Shown here in pieces: positions 19,128-28,946 of a stretch of DNA of 64,000 bases (position 1 is its first letter; the number at the start of each line of letters is the position of its first letter). The stretch lies in assembly GCA_049969855.1 (NCBI GenBank), contig JBMFOB010000001.1, positions 1 through 64,000 on the forward strand, given 5' to 3'. The translations under genes and the position numbers were made by a program. The notes under the pieces are model-generated. The model did no database searches, was not told the DNA's origin, and was given only the letters and a program-made list of their open reading frames with translations. This DNA is from Candidatus Bathyarchaeia archaeon. GTDB lineage: Archaea; Thermoproteota; Bathyarchaeia; Bathyarchaeales; Bathycorpusculaceae.

Positions 19128-20579
19128 ATGGGAGCAATAATAGCTGTAATAAATAAGAAGAACGGTAATGCGACTGATGCGGCAGTTGCTATGCTTGAAA
19201 TCCTAAAAAATAATAGCACCGAAGCTTTTGGAATAGCATCACCAAATGCTGTGCAGATAGAAAAATCCGTTGAAGCTTTGCAGAAAAAAAAGATAAAATC
19301 ACCTATAATAATTGGGCATGCTTTCTCAAAAATTTTAGACTCGGACCAGCCCCAACCAGTAATGCTGAAAGATGCAACTTTTGTTTTTGATGGAAGGCTC
19401 TACCAAAATGTTGCAGATGTTTCTGATGTAGATATTGTTGCTGAAAAACTTCAGCAAAAGCGTGAAGAAAACATTAAAACCCTAATTCAAAAAATGGAAG
19501 GAGATTTTGCCCTCGTCGTAGCTGAACCTAAAAGGCTTATTGCGGGAAGAGACGCTTTAGGTCTTCGTCCACTCTATTATGGTGAAAGTGCAAATTATGC
19601 TGCTTTAGCTTCTGAACGCAAAGCCTTATGGAAAATCAGAATAAAAAATGTAGCCTCTTTCCCGCCAGGACATATGGCTTCCATTAATAAACATGGTTTT
19701 AAATTTAAACCAGCAAAAACGCTTGTTTATTCGAAAGCAAAAGACACATCATTGCAAGTAGCGACAAAAAAACTCCAAACTCTCTTACAATATTCGGTTG
19801 AAAAAAGAGTTTCGGGATTAAAGGAAGCCGCAATAGCCTTCTCAGGAGGATTGGACAGCAGCATAATCGCCCTTCTAGCCAAAAATTCAGGAGTAAACGT
19901 TAAATTAATTCATGTAAGCCTAAAAAACCAACCAGAAACTGAAGATGCAGAAAAAGCAGCAGAAGCGCTTGGGCTTCCAATTTACACCTATCTATATGAG
20001 GAGGAAAAGGTGGCGGAAACCCTTCCAAAAGTTCTTTGGCTCATTGAAGAACCAGACCCCTTAAAGGCGAGTATAGGCATCCCATTTTATTGGGTGGCAG
20101 AGAACACTGCAAAAATGAAGTTGACGGTACTATTGGCTGGGCAAGGCGCAGATGAACTTTTCGGAGGCTACAAACGTTATGTGGATGATTATTTACGATA
20201 CGGCAGCGAAAGGGTGCAACAAGAAATTTTTAACGACATTGCTAAGATGCATGAAAACAATTTTGAAAGAGATTTTAAAATCTGCAACTTCTATGATGTG
20301 GAGTTGCGTTTGCCTTTTGCAGCATATTCAATAGCAAAATTTGCCATAACCTTACCAATAGAACTAAAAATCAAGTTTACAGATGAAAAAGCGCGAAAAA
20401 TTGTGCTTAGACACTTAGGAGAAAAAATTGGGCTGCCACCATTCATAGTGAAAAGACAAAAAAGAGCAATACAATACGCAACTGGCGTAAACAAAACCCT
20501 CAAAAAATTAGCCAAGAATGAAGGAATATCTCAAAGAGACTACTTAGAGCGCATGTTCCAAACTATTCTAAAAAGATGA
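19128..20579 (+). CDS. Asparagine synthetase B-like protein
   Basis: RDALGLRPLY, AFSGGLDSS, GQGADELFGGY, LRLPF; lacks the N-terminal Cys. Confidence 0.85.
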   Translation: MGAIIAVINKKNGNATDAAVAMLEILKNNSTEAFGIASPNAVQIEKSVEALQKKKIKSPIIIGHAFSKILDSDQPQPVMLKDATFVFDGRLYQNVADVSDVDIVAEKLQQKREENIKTLIQKMEGDFALVVAEPKRLIAGRDALGLRPLYYGESANYAALASERKALWKIRIKNVASFPPGHMASINKHGFKFKPAKTLVYSKAKDTSLQVATKKLQTLLQYSVEKRVSGLKEAAIAFSGGLDSSIIALLAKNSGVNVKLIHVSLKNQPETEDAEKAAEALGLPIYTYLYEEEKVAETLPKVLWLIEEPDPLKASIGIPFYWVAENTAKMKLTVLLAGQGADELFGGYKRYVDDYLRYGSERVQQEIFNDIAKMHENNFERDFKICNFYDVELRLPFAAYSIAKFAITLPIELKIKFTDEKARKIVLRHLGEKIGLPPFIVKRQKRAIQYATGVNKTLKKLAKNEGISQRDYLERMFQTILKR

Positions 20580-20585
20580 TGAGAC

Positions 20586-21650
20586 ATGAATAAGACTGCG
20601 GTCATATTTTCATCAAAATACTATCAACATAATCCAGGCAGAAGCCACCCGGAATCAGCAAGACGCCTTAAAGCAATAGTCAACGAATTAAAGAAAGGAC
20701 AACTCTCCAGAAGCAAAAATTGGCAGTTTGTGGAACCAGAAAAAGCCAGCATAGAGAATGTTAAATTGGTTCACGAGATAGAATACATCAGATTTATTGA
20801 TGCTGTTTGCAAATCTGGAGGGGGTCTTTTAGATTCGGAAGACACAGTGGCTTCACGGAAAAGTTTTGAGGTTGCGCTTTACGCCGTTGGCGGAACATTG
20901 AAGGCAGTTAACCTTGTCATGGACGGCAAATTTGAAAATGCTTTTGCTGCGGTTCGCCCTCCGGGTCATCACGCTGAAAGATTTCGTGCTTTTGGCTTTT
21001 GCATATTCAACAATGTTGCCATAGCCGCAAAGTTTTTGCTCAAAAAATTCAGTTTAAAAAGAATTTTGATTTTAGATATAGATGCGCATCATGGAAATGG
21101 CACGCAAGAAATTTTCTATGAAACAGACGAAGCCTTATACATAAGCTTGCACCAAGACCCCCGCATTTTTCCAGGGACAGGATTCATAGATGAAGTTGGA
21201 GAAGGCAGAGGCTTAGGCTACAATGTAAATATTCCACTTCCATTCCGAACAGGCGACTACGTATATTTGAGAGCTATAAGAGAGGTTGTTGCGCCAATAA
21301 TAAGAGAATACAAGCCCCAATTCATGCTTGTGTCTGTTGGTTTAGACAGTCACTACGCAGACCCCGTTGGTAATCTTTCCTTGTCAATGTTGTGTTATCA
21401 AGAAGTTTACGAAACAATAGTTAACTTGGCATCAAAACTATGCGACGGTAAGCTCGTGTCAGTTTTAGAAGGAGGCTACAGCCTCAAGTTTGTTGGAAAA
21501 ATAGCCGCAGCAATCGTTGCAAAAATGAGTGGAACCGCTTATACGGTAAATGAAAAGGCTCCAGCAACCAGCAAACATCGTGAAAGGAAAGGCGAGAAAA
21601 TCATAGGAGAAGTGAAAAAAGTTCAGATAAACTTTTGGCATATAAATTAG
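20586..21650 (+). CDS. Histone deacetylase/acetylpolyamine amidohydrolase family
   Basis: HPES..RL, RPPGHHA, GFCIFNN, DIDAHHGNGTQ, LEGGY. Confidence 0.93.
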   Translation: MNKTAVIFSSKYYQHNPGRSHPESARRLKAIVNELKKGQLSRSKNWQFVEPEKASIENVKLVHEIEYIRFIDAVCKSGGGLLDSEDTVASRKSFEVALYAVGGTLKAVNLVMDGKFENAFAAVRPPGHHAERFRAFGFCIFNNVAIAAKFLLKKFSLKRILILDIDAHHGNGTQEIFYETDEALYISLHQDPRIFPGTGFIDEVGEGRGLGYNVNIPLPFRTGDYVYLRAIREVVAPIIREYKPQFMLVSVGLDSHYADPVGNLSLSMLCYQEVYETIVNLASKLCDGKLVSVLEGGYSLKFVGKIAAAIVAKMSGTAYTVNEKAPATSKHRERKGEKIIGEVKKVQINFWHIN

Positions 21651-21686
21651 AAAATTTGAATGGGCATGTTAGAAAGCGTGTGGGGT

Positions 21687-21869
21687 TTATTCTATCACTT
21701 GTATTGCATTTTCTGGACATTGAGCTTCGCATGCTCTACATACCAAGCATTCTTCAGGTTTAACTGGAACAGATTTTCCATCTTTTATTTCGTAAACTCC
21801 TACTGGACATGTGTCAACGCAGGTGCCGCAACCCGTGCATTTATGATTGTCAACTACTATTTTCACCAT
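21687..21869 (-). CDS. 2x[4Fe-4S] ferredoxin
   Basis: CTGCGTCVDTCP and CLVCRACEAQCP. Confidence 0.93.
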   Translation of the reverse strand: MVKIVVDNHKCTGCGTCVDTCPVGVYEIKDGKSVPVKPEECLVCRACEAQCPENAIQVIE

Positions 21870-21937
21870 GCGTGGTCCTCCTCTCTAACTAGATTTTCAT
21901 TGAAAGTTAAGCAGTAGAATAAAAGCGTTTAGGTTCA

Positions 21938-23671
21938 TTAGCGGGTTTCTTCACGTAGTCTTAATAGAATTCCATTAATTGTCGTTTCAACCCGCTCTTT
22001 TCTATGCTGGTAATCAGCCAGAAGCTTTCGGTAAGCTTCCAGCGAAAGTTCGCCTCGGCTGTGGCGAGCCTCTATGCTTCGGCTGCTGGTTTCAACCTCA
22101 TTTATTTCGGTTTCTGCAACCTCAAGCTGTCGCATTAAATCTGCATACAAACCGCCGGCTGCACGCATCCTTTCTTTATATTCTGCCAAACTCTTAGACA
22201 AACTGTTTAGACGTGTTTCTAAAGTTTTTCTCTGCACCTTATACCGGCGTCGAGGAATCTTTCCTCGGCGCACTCTATTTTCAAGAGACTCCAAATCCGA
22301 AACTATTTTTCTCTTTTCCTCATAAGCGTTTACGAAGGATTTAATGTCTTCTGGACGAATCCTTACAGTTGCAGCTGGCAAAGGAGCAGCAACTCGAACA
22401 GCGACTTTAGATTTTTTCCAAACAGCGACAACAGCCAACCCGAAAACTGCCAAAGCCCACATTACCAACGTGGGACGAAAAGATAACCATAAAGGGTTAA
22501 ATTCATACTTGATTTGCAGAACATTCTCTGAAGGGAGAGCACTTTCTAGATAAGTAACGCCTTGTTTATCTATTGTTACAGCCTCTTGGAAAACGCTTCT
22601 CGATATGTAGCAACTACCAATTAAAATATTTTCAGAAGTTACGATTCTTGCACCTTCTGGCAAAGTGAAACCTATTGAAGCTGTCTCAACATAATAATTC
22701 ACGTCTTTGAGTAAAAGTGATGACGCATTGAAATTGTTAGCCCCTTCTTGTGTGTTAATGTAAACTTGGCTAGGCAAAGAATATTTGACAGAAAACCTTG
22801 TAGACTTATAGCTTTCCAACGCCAACGAAAATGTGACTTTATAACTATTCTTTCCAGCATCAACCAATGCAACATCTGACATTTTCCTTCCAAACTGGTC
22901 TTCGGCGATTGGGTTAGAAGCGTTTGGAGGCAAAATCACGTTTACATATGTTATGTTGCCAGGTGATTTGCTTGATATATAATAACTGTCTAAGCCTTCT
23001 ATTTCGCCTAAACCGCCTATTGTAATTTCACGTTTCAACTCTTCAACATCAAACAATTGCAACTTATCACCCGTATAGGAGAAAGTTACATTGGCGGGCG
23101 AATAGGCAAAGGCAGATAACACTCTAGAATAAGTTGATGCGTTGACAACTCCATCGTCTTTTGCGACCATTACATTACTTGCGCCTTCTGGCAAAACAAT
23201 TGCGATACTACAGTTGTCCACGCTTTCTGTAAAAACAGGATAAGCTGGAAAATCTAACGTAAAGTCCGACTGCGAAACTGTGAAAAGATCATTTGAAAGC
23301 AAAAAAGCAACAGTGAACACTTGCGGCGGTCCTTGCGTAAGGTTTACTTCGACACCGTAAAAACCAATTCTATTCTCTAAGGGAACATTAAGTTTTACTG
23401 GAAAAACATTATTTGAGTCATAGGCTACGCATTTGAGGATATGTGAACCGTATTTGTATGGAAATCCCATGAGAAAATTGTTAGGCGCTTGCCCAGCAAA
23501 TTCGATGGTGTCATTTATCAAGATATAGCCATTATACAAAATTTCAACTGTGTGATTAACATTGGCTATACTGCTACCAGTTTGAGCAACCGCCAATTTA
23601 ATGTTCAACGAAAAGAAGGCGATAAAAATTAAAATAGCTGTTATTGCAAGTGCCGAAGATATCTTCTTCAA
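21938..23671 (-). CDS. Ribophorin I (OST1/RPN1)-like single-pass membrane protein with cytosolic coiled-coil
   Basis: Signal peptide, duplicated beta-rich lobes with LPEGA motifs, LPPNASN...DQFG, one TM helix, helical C-terminus; TTG start at 23671 with GGAGG upstream. Confidence 0.62.
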   Translation of the reverse strand: MKKISSALAITAILIFIAFFSLNIKLAVAQTGSSIANVNHTVEILYNGYILINDTIEFAGQAPNNFLMGFPYKYGSHILKCVAYDSNNVFPVKLNVPLENRIGFYGVEVNLTQGPPQVFTVAFLLSNDLFTVSQSDFTLDFPAYPVFTESVDNCSIAIVLPEGASNVMVAKDDGVVNASTYSRVLSAFAYSPANVTFSYTGDKLQLFDVEELKREITIGGLGEIEGLDSYYISSKSPGNITYVNVILPPNASNPIAEDQFGRKMSDVALVDAGKNSYKVTFSLALESYKSTRFSVKYSLPSQVYINTQEGANNFNASSLLLKDVNYYVETASIGFTLPEGARIVTSENILIGSCYISRSVFQEAVTIDKQGVTYLESALPSENVLQIKYEFNPLWLSFRPTLVMWALAVFGLAVVAVWKKSKVAVRVAAPLPAATVRIRPEDIKSFVNAYEEKRKIVSDLESLENRVRRGKIPRRRYKVQRKTLETRLNSLSKSLAEYKERMRAAGGLYADLMRQLEVAETEINEVETSSRSIEARHSRGELSLEAYRKLLADYQHRKERVETTINGILLRLREETR

Positions 23672-23822
23672 ACGATTTCCTCCGCAATGTTCCAAGTTTT
23701 TAGGCTTTTATTTAATAATAAGCCTATTTATTTACTTTTACGGATGACACCACTTTTGTTACGTGCATTTACATTGTGTATAAAGAGAAAGAGCATGTTT
23801 GAGTTGAGGAGGAGGCTTAATA

Positions 23823-24626
23823 TTGCCTTATGACCCTGTTAAAAGGCATTTAGCTATTGAAAAAATAGTAACTCAAGAGGGCTTGCATGGTCAAGAGAAG
23901 AAGTACTATCGTATCAGACCAGCAAGGTGGTATGGCGGAATAGTCACAGCTGACTGTGTTGGTTGTGGTTTATTATGCAAGTTTTGTTGGGTGCAAGACA
24001 AAGTAATGTTTCATCCAGCCGACGTTGGGAAATTCTACTCACCGACAAAAATCGCAGACGATTTGGTCAAATTAGCCCAAAAGTACAAATTAAATCTATT
24101 AAGAGTTAGCGGCGGAGAACCCACATTAGGAAAACAGCATTTACTTCAGCTTCTTGATGCTCTTAAAGGCAAGGGCTTCCGTTTTATACTCGAAACTAAT
24201 GGAATGCTCATAGGGTATGATGAAAACTATTCCACAAGCCTTTCGAAGTATGATTTTGTCCACGTGCGAGTTTCGTTAAAAGGATGCAATGAAGAAGAGT
24301 TTGCCATGTTGACTGGCGCCAAACCCGAAGGATTCAAATTACAGTTAAAAGCCTTGCAAAAGCTAACGGATGCAAGAGTTAGTTGCCACCCTTCAGTTAT
24401 GGCATCATTCTCGCCGAAGAAAAATATCCAAAGATTAACACAAAGACTTAAACAAATCAATCCAAATTTGACTGAAGAATTAGAGATTGAAGAGTTAATT
24501 CTATACCCTCACGTAGTCAGAAGAGTGCGTCTGCATAAACTAAAAATATTATACTGCTTACACGCCGGACAACGTTCCACCAGAAGAAATTTGAAGCGTT
24601 ATCGTTGTTCACCATGTTTGAAATAG
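23823..24626 (+). CDS. Radical SAM protein (probable 1-nt frameshift near the 3' end; likely true stop at 24594)
   Basis: CGLLCKFC, SGGEP, LETNG motifs. Confidence 0.88.
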   Translation: MPYDPVKRHLAIEKIVTQEGLHGQEKKYYRIRPARWYGGIVTADCVGCGLLCKFCWVQDKVMFHPADVGKFYSPTKIADDLVKLAQKYKLNLLRVSGGEPTLGKQHLLQLLDALKGKGFRFILETNGMLIGYDENYSTSLSKYDFVHVRVSLKGCNEEEFAMLTGAKPEGFKLQLKALQKLTDARVSCHPSVMASFSPKKNIQRLTQRLKQINPNLTEELEIEELILYPHVVRRVRLHKLKILYCLHAGQRSTRRNLKRYRCSPCLK

Positions 24627-24973
24627 TAGTTTTCCTCTTTTTTAGGTCCAAAACTTCTTACGCCTTTCTCTCTTAGCTGTCGTCTCAGTTTTTTGGCATA
24701 TTGCTTTTCTATTTCGCCCCTCTTCTCCATATAATCTATTATCTCTTTTGCTTGTTCTTCCGTATCGCATCGCCTAATGAAATCTATTACGTCGGGCATG
24801 TAATGGGCGAATTTTTCAGTAGAAGCATTTTCTCCAGTTTTAATGTCTGTTCGCATAGAGTTTATTGCAACCTTATGTTCATTGGAATCCAATTCCTTGG
24901 CTAAATTCGGAAAAAGTTTTTTGAACGTTTCTTTGTCGAATTCCACAATTGCACCTTCAACTGCGCCCAGCAT
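24599..24973 (-). CDS. DUF2095-family protein
   Basis: FKKLFPNLAKEL...PDVIDFIRRCDTEEQA.EII.Y..KRGEI...GVRSFG.K. Confidence 0.75.
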   Translation of the reverse strand: MLGAVEGAIVEFDKETFKKLFPNLAKELDSNEHKVAINSMRTDIKTGENASTEKFAHYMPDVIDFIRRCDTEEQAKEIIDYMEKRGEIEKQYAKKLRRQLREKGVRSFGPKKEENYYFKHGEQR

Positions 24974-25043
24974 ATCCTACTTTTTAATCTTGGAAAACAA
25001 ATATTTAAGCATCTTTAGAACTGATGATTTGGTCACCAGTTCA

Positions 25044-25658
25044 TTATGGAACAAATCGTTGTGTTGGGTTTTCTTTAAGCAGTTTTTCTAATTCTTGCAA
25101 AGAAAGACCAGTAATTTCATCTCCATATATGTCACATTTTGCTTTACGATGCGCCTCTTCGGGGCTTCGAACAATGACTTCGAATTTTTCCCCATTTGAA
25201 GATTCACAGTATATGTGGAAAGATGTCGCTTTCCTTCCTTGTTCAGTGATGCCAACCCATTCAGTTTTCACTAAGTTAAAACTATTTTGCTCCAAAGATT
25301 TTACAATAACTTTTGGTTCATCATTATACACTATTATATCTATGTCGCTTTGGTGGTGTGCAGTTCCACGCCAAACGCTACCAACAAGAATTGGCGTGTA
25401 TGCTCTTAAAATTTTCATCAACTTTAAAGCTTCCTTTCGCCTCTGAATCAAACGTTCATCTCGTGCCTTGCCCTCGATTTCCTCTGCCAATTTGTCCAGT
25501 TCCTTTGCAACTTCAAGGTTTGTTGGAAGAAACTTAACTCCAAGCGTTTTTGCCGCCTTCTGTTTGGCTTGCTTGTATTCTTTTTCAATCCCAAAGTAAA
25601 GGAGATTAGCGGCTTCTCTTGCAACCTTCGTTCTTAATTCGTTGGAAAGACTGTTCAA
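25044..25658 (-). CDS. Nucleotidyltransferase-domain protein
   Basis: LVGSVWRG...SDIDI Pol-beta NTase motif. Confidence 0.8.
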   Translation of the reverse strand: MNSLSNELRTKVAREAANLLYFGIEKEYKQAKQKAAKTLGVKFLPTNLEVAKELDKLAEEIEGKARDERLIQRRKEALKLMKILRAYTPILVGSVWRGTAHHQSDIDIIVYNDEPKVIVKSLEQNSFNLVKTEWVGITEQGRKATSFHIYCESSNGEKFEVIVRSPEEAHRKAKCDIYGDEITGLSLQELEKLLKENPTQRFVP

Positions 25659-25680
25659 GGGTTCACCAATAAAATCTAGT

Positions 25681-26931
25681 TTAGTGCTTAATTATCTGCT
25701 CGTATAATTCAATTGTTCTTTGTGCTACCTTGTCCCATGTAAACTCGTTTAAAACTCTTTTTCTGCCGTTACTTCCAAGCCATTTCGCTTTCTCAGGAGT
25801 TTCTAAAGCGCTGGTTATTCCCCACGCTATGTCTGCAGGATTATTTGGATTTATGTGAAAACCACACTGTTCTTCACCACATGGAACAACTATCTCTCGC
25901 ATTCCACTTACGCCCGCTGCGCCGACAACAACTGGGCGCTTCATACTCATTGCTTCAAGGGCTACGATTCCGAAGGGTTCGTAGAGGCTTGGGAAAACTG
26001 CAACATCGCAGGCGGCGTAGTGGAGGATGCGCTCTTCTTCTGGGATGAAATCGAAATTAAATTTTACAGTGTCATGCAACCTTATGGTTTTAACCAAGTT
26101 AACCAAGTAATCTTGAAGATCTCCAATGCCTACAATAACCAGTTTTGCTTTGGGTATTTTCTGCAAAACATGAGGCATAGCCATTATCAGTTTGTCAATA
26201 CCCTTAACGCCCACAAGCCTCCCGAGAAAGAGAATCATAGGCTCATCATCTTTTATTCCATAAAAATTTCTTATTTTTTTGACTTGCTCTGCGTTCACGT
26301 TTTCTGGATTATACTTTTGCGGGTCGACACCATTGTAACATACTTGGATTTTGTCTTTTGGGAATCCAAGCTTTATAAGTTCATCTTTCATGGCGTAGGA
26401 GACGGTTATGATTAAGTCGGCTGCTTTAGCGCCATGAAGTTCAATGTTGCTTACAACTTCTGAACCATTTCCAAGAGTTCTTCCTTTTTCTGTAGAATGC
26501 ACATGGAATGCGAAGGGCAGTCCAACCTCTTTTTTGACGGTTATCCCACTTATGGCTGAAAGCCAATCATGCGCAATAACAATGTCATACTTGAAGTTCT
26601 CTTTTTTAATCAGTTCATTAACAAGTTTTGAAGCGCTAAGATAGTTATAAACGAGGATTTTAGAGAAAAGTTGAATGCCTCTGCCCCATTTTTTAACATC
26701 CTCTGCGAGAACATCGGGCAGAGAATCAGAAATGTCAATGTGTAATGGACGGTGAATTTCTATGCCGCGCCAGATTTCCCGTGTTGGAAGACTGCCCGCA
26801 TCATCGTTCATTGTAAAAATTGTCACATCATGGTCCATCAAAACAAACTTTCGTGTAATTTCAGCCGCATACGTCCCTAATCCGCCAACAATTTTTGGCG
26901 GATACTCGTAAACCAACACAGCCATCTTCAT
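25681..26931 (-). CDS. Glycosyltransferase family 4 (glycogen-synthase-like)
   Basis: EYPP..VGGLG, AHDW, GRL...KG, YEPFGIVALEAM. Confidence 0.92.
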   Translation of the reverse strand: MKMAVLVYEYPPKIVGGLGTYAAEITRKFVLMDHDVTIFTMNDDAGSLPTREIWRGIEIHRPLHIDISDSLPDVLAEDVKKWGRGIQLFSKILVYNYLSASKLVNELIKKENFKYDIVIAHDWLSAISGITVKKEVGLPFAFHVHSTEKGRTLGNGSEVVSNIELHGAKAADLIITVSYAMKDELIKLGFPKDKIQVCYNGVDPQKYNPENVNAEQVKKIRNFYGIKDDEPMILFLGRLVGVKGIDKLIMAMPHVLQKIPKAKLVIVGIGDLQDYLVNLVKTIRLHDTVKFNFDFIPEEERILHYAACDVAVFPSLYEPFGIVALEAMSMKRPVVVGAAGVSGMREIVVPCGEEQCGFHINPNNPADIAWGITSALETPEKAKWLGSNGRKRVLNEFTWDKVAQRTIELYEQIIKH

Positions 26932-27127
26932 TTATTTTCCACAGCCTGCCTCTACCTTTAACGGTGCTTATTGCTACTCAAACATCGCTTATTTATGTTT
27001 TCCACTTTAAACGGCACATGTGTTCATTTCACGCTTTTCAAGAGTAAGTTTAACTGTGGTTTGGTTCTAAAAAGGAAAATTTGAAAAACCCAATGAGGTA
27101 TATAATAGCTAAAGGAGCGCAAAATGG

Positions 27128-27682
27128 ATGAGTGTTTCACCTGTTAAAAGGTTAATTCTTGAAACTATGTGGATGCTTAACAAGCCTGCTAAGGCTGCTG
27201 AAATAGCGAAAGAGGCTGGTTTAGGTTTTCCATCCGTTATGATGCACGTAATTGGACTTACACGCATGGGATATGCTGAAACCAATGAGAAAGGGTATTA
27301 TTCCATAACAGAAAAAGGCAAAAAGGCTCTCGGTTTTCCAGAAATAAGCAAGGAGAAAGCTGAAGAGATTTTGGCATATTTGCCAATAGAAAAATCATTC
27401 CATTTTTATGTTGATATTGGAAAACCCTTAAACATTCACGCTGCAAGTCTCCAAGACTTTTGTGACAAAATTTCTAAGATTGATATAAACTCAATAGAAT
27501 TTCACCTTAATCGCGGAGATTTTGAAGCATGGTTTATGGGGCTGGGTGATGTGGAACTGGCAAGAAAGACGCTTCTCCTTAAAGAGCAGAAGATTTTTGG
27601 CGAGGAAATCCGCAAAAGGCTCTATGAAATCGTGAAAAATCGATGCGAAGAGCTAGCAAAAATAAGGAAGCAAGGCTCATAA
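27128..27682 (+). CDS. wHTH + DUF5752-domain protein
   Basis: N-terminal wHTH (YSITEKG); C-terminal F.F...A.SL.DF...SIEFHL.RGDF..W...LGD.ELA. Confidence 0.65.
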   Translation: MSVSPVKRLILETMWMLNKPAKAAEIAKEAGLGFPSVMMHVIGLTRMGYAETNEKGYYSITEKGKKALGFPEISKEKAEEILAYLPIEKSFHFYVDIGKPLNIHAASLQDFCDKISKIDINSIEFHLNRGDFEAWFMGLGDVELARKTLLLKEQKIFGEEIRKRLYEIVKNRCEELAKIRKQGS

Positions 27683-27699
27683 CCAAAAAGGTTTAAAGC

Positions 27700-28830
27700 T
27701 TAGGCTGGCTTAAAGCGTTCCTTAAGTTTCTCCAGAATCTGCTGTAAAGTAGTATACTCCATTTCTTCGGGACCTAGACGGGAAGGCTCAAACTCCCCCA
27801 TACGTCTAAGCATAGAAGCATATTCCAAGGCTTCCTTTCTAGCCAAAGCAAAGGCTGGATCATCAAATAAATCAGCTATCATAGGTTTTCCATCATCTGT
27901 ACTTGCAATTTTTCCATTCGCAACCTGAAAGCCTAACGCAACAATCCTCGGCGGACCATCAAAGAGTGTACATTTCGCATCCTTTAAGCCTACTGGCATT
28001 ATGGGTCCCCAGTGGCTTCCGCGCATCCAACCCTCAACGAGATAGCTGTGCATGAAAGGGGCGAGAATTTCGCCAACAGCTGGCAGTCCATGCTGGGCTC
28101 TTACAATCATGACTGGATCATCTTTTCCAACATATTTTCCAGCAATTTGCGAAAGCCGTGTTACACTGCCCACTGCACATATTAGGTCGTCTCGCGCTCG
28201 CCAAACACGGGAAATCATGTAACGCTGAACCGTTCCAATCAAGGCTATTAATTCGTATATTTCCTCTGGACATTTAAGCACAACACTCTTGTTTTCAATC
28301 GTATCTAAAACTTCAAATTTGAATCCGCCAGCCATGTTTGGGTCTATCACTAATCCTGCCGTATTCATGGGGTCAGCGAAAATGCGGAAAATTGGAAAGT
28401 TAAATGCTCCGCCAGAGGTTTTGTCAGCGGCAAAAACAACTATTGGATCGGAACCTCTTTCTTCTATTTCCATTTCAGCAACGCCTGGACCCATTCCACG
28501 AATGTTTCCGCTGAAAGCAGTTTTTAAAATGTCTTGTCCGGCACCATACAATTTCAATTCCAAAGCCTTATCTGCAGCTTCTCGGAAAGTGTCCCATGCA
28601 AGCTTATGAATGTCAGGATTGGATTCACCCTTTTCATGCACCATAAGCAGTTGAAGGTCATCTCCAACATTGAAAACGTAATAACTATTTATCAAACCCT
28701 CTTCCTTCATCGCCCTAAGATTTTTCTCAGCAACATTAAGAAGCGGTTTCGGAACCACATGATGACCTGCTAAAGAACCTACATCACACTTGATTAGGGA
28801 AACTGTGGTTTTCTTAGGCATATAAATCAC
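27700..28830 (-). CDS. fbp: Fructose-1,6-bisphosphate aldolase/phosphatase (class V FBPase)
   Basis: DVGS..GH, GDD, YGAGQD, YVGKDDP, GWMRGSH, EYTT. Confidence 0.95.
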   Translation of the reverse strand: MIYMPKKTTVSLIKCDVGSLAGHHVVPKPLLNVAEKNLRAMKEEGLINSYYVFNVGDDLQLLMVHEKGESNPDIHKLAWDTFREAADKALELKLYGAGQDILKTAFSGNIRGMGPGVAEMEIEERGSDPIVVFAADKTSGGAFNFPIFRIFADPMNTAGLVIDPNMAGGFKFEVLDTIENKSVVLKCPEEIYELIALIGTVQRYMISRVWRARDDLICAVGSVTRLSQIAGKYVGKDDPVMIVRAQHGLPAVGEILAPFMHSYLVEGWMRGSHWGPIMPVGLKDAKCTLFDGPPRIVALGFQVANGKIASTDDGKPMIADLFDDPAFALARKEALEYASMLRRMGEFEPSRLGPEEMEYTTLQQILEKLKERFKPA

Positions 28831-28946
28831 TTAACCAAGTTTCGGTTTAGAGTTAACCTATAGCTTTTAAAAGACTTACGAAAGAAAACCCAAAAATAAA
28901 CCATACAATAATAAACTTTCAATAACCAAGCAAAGAAGGCGTTATT

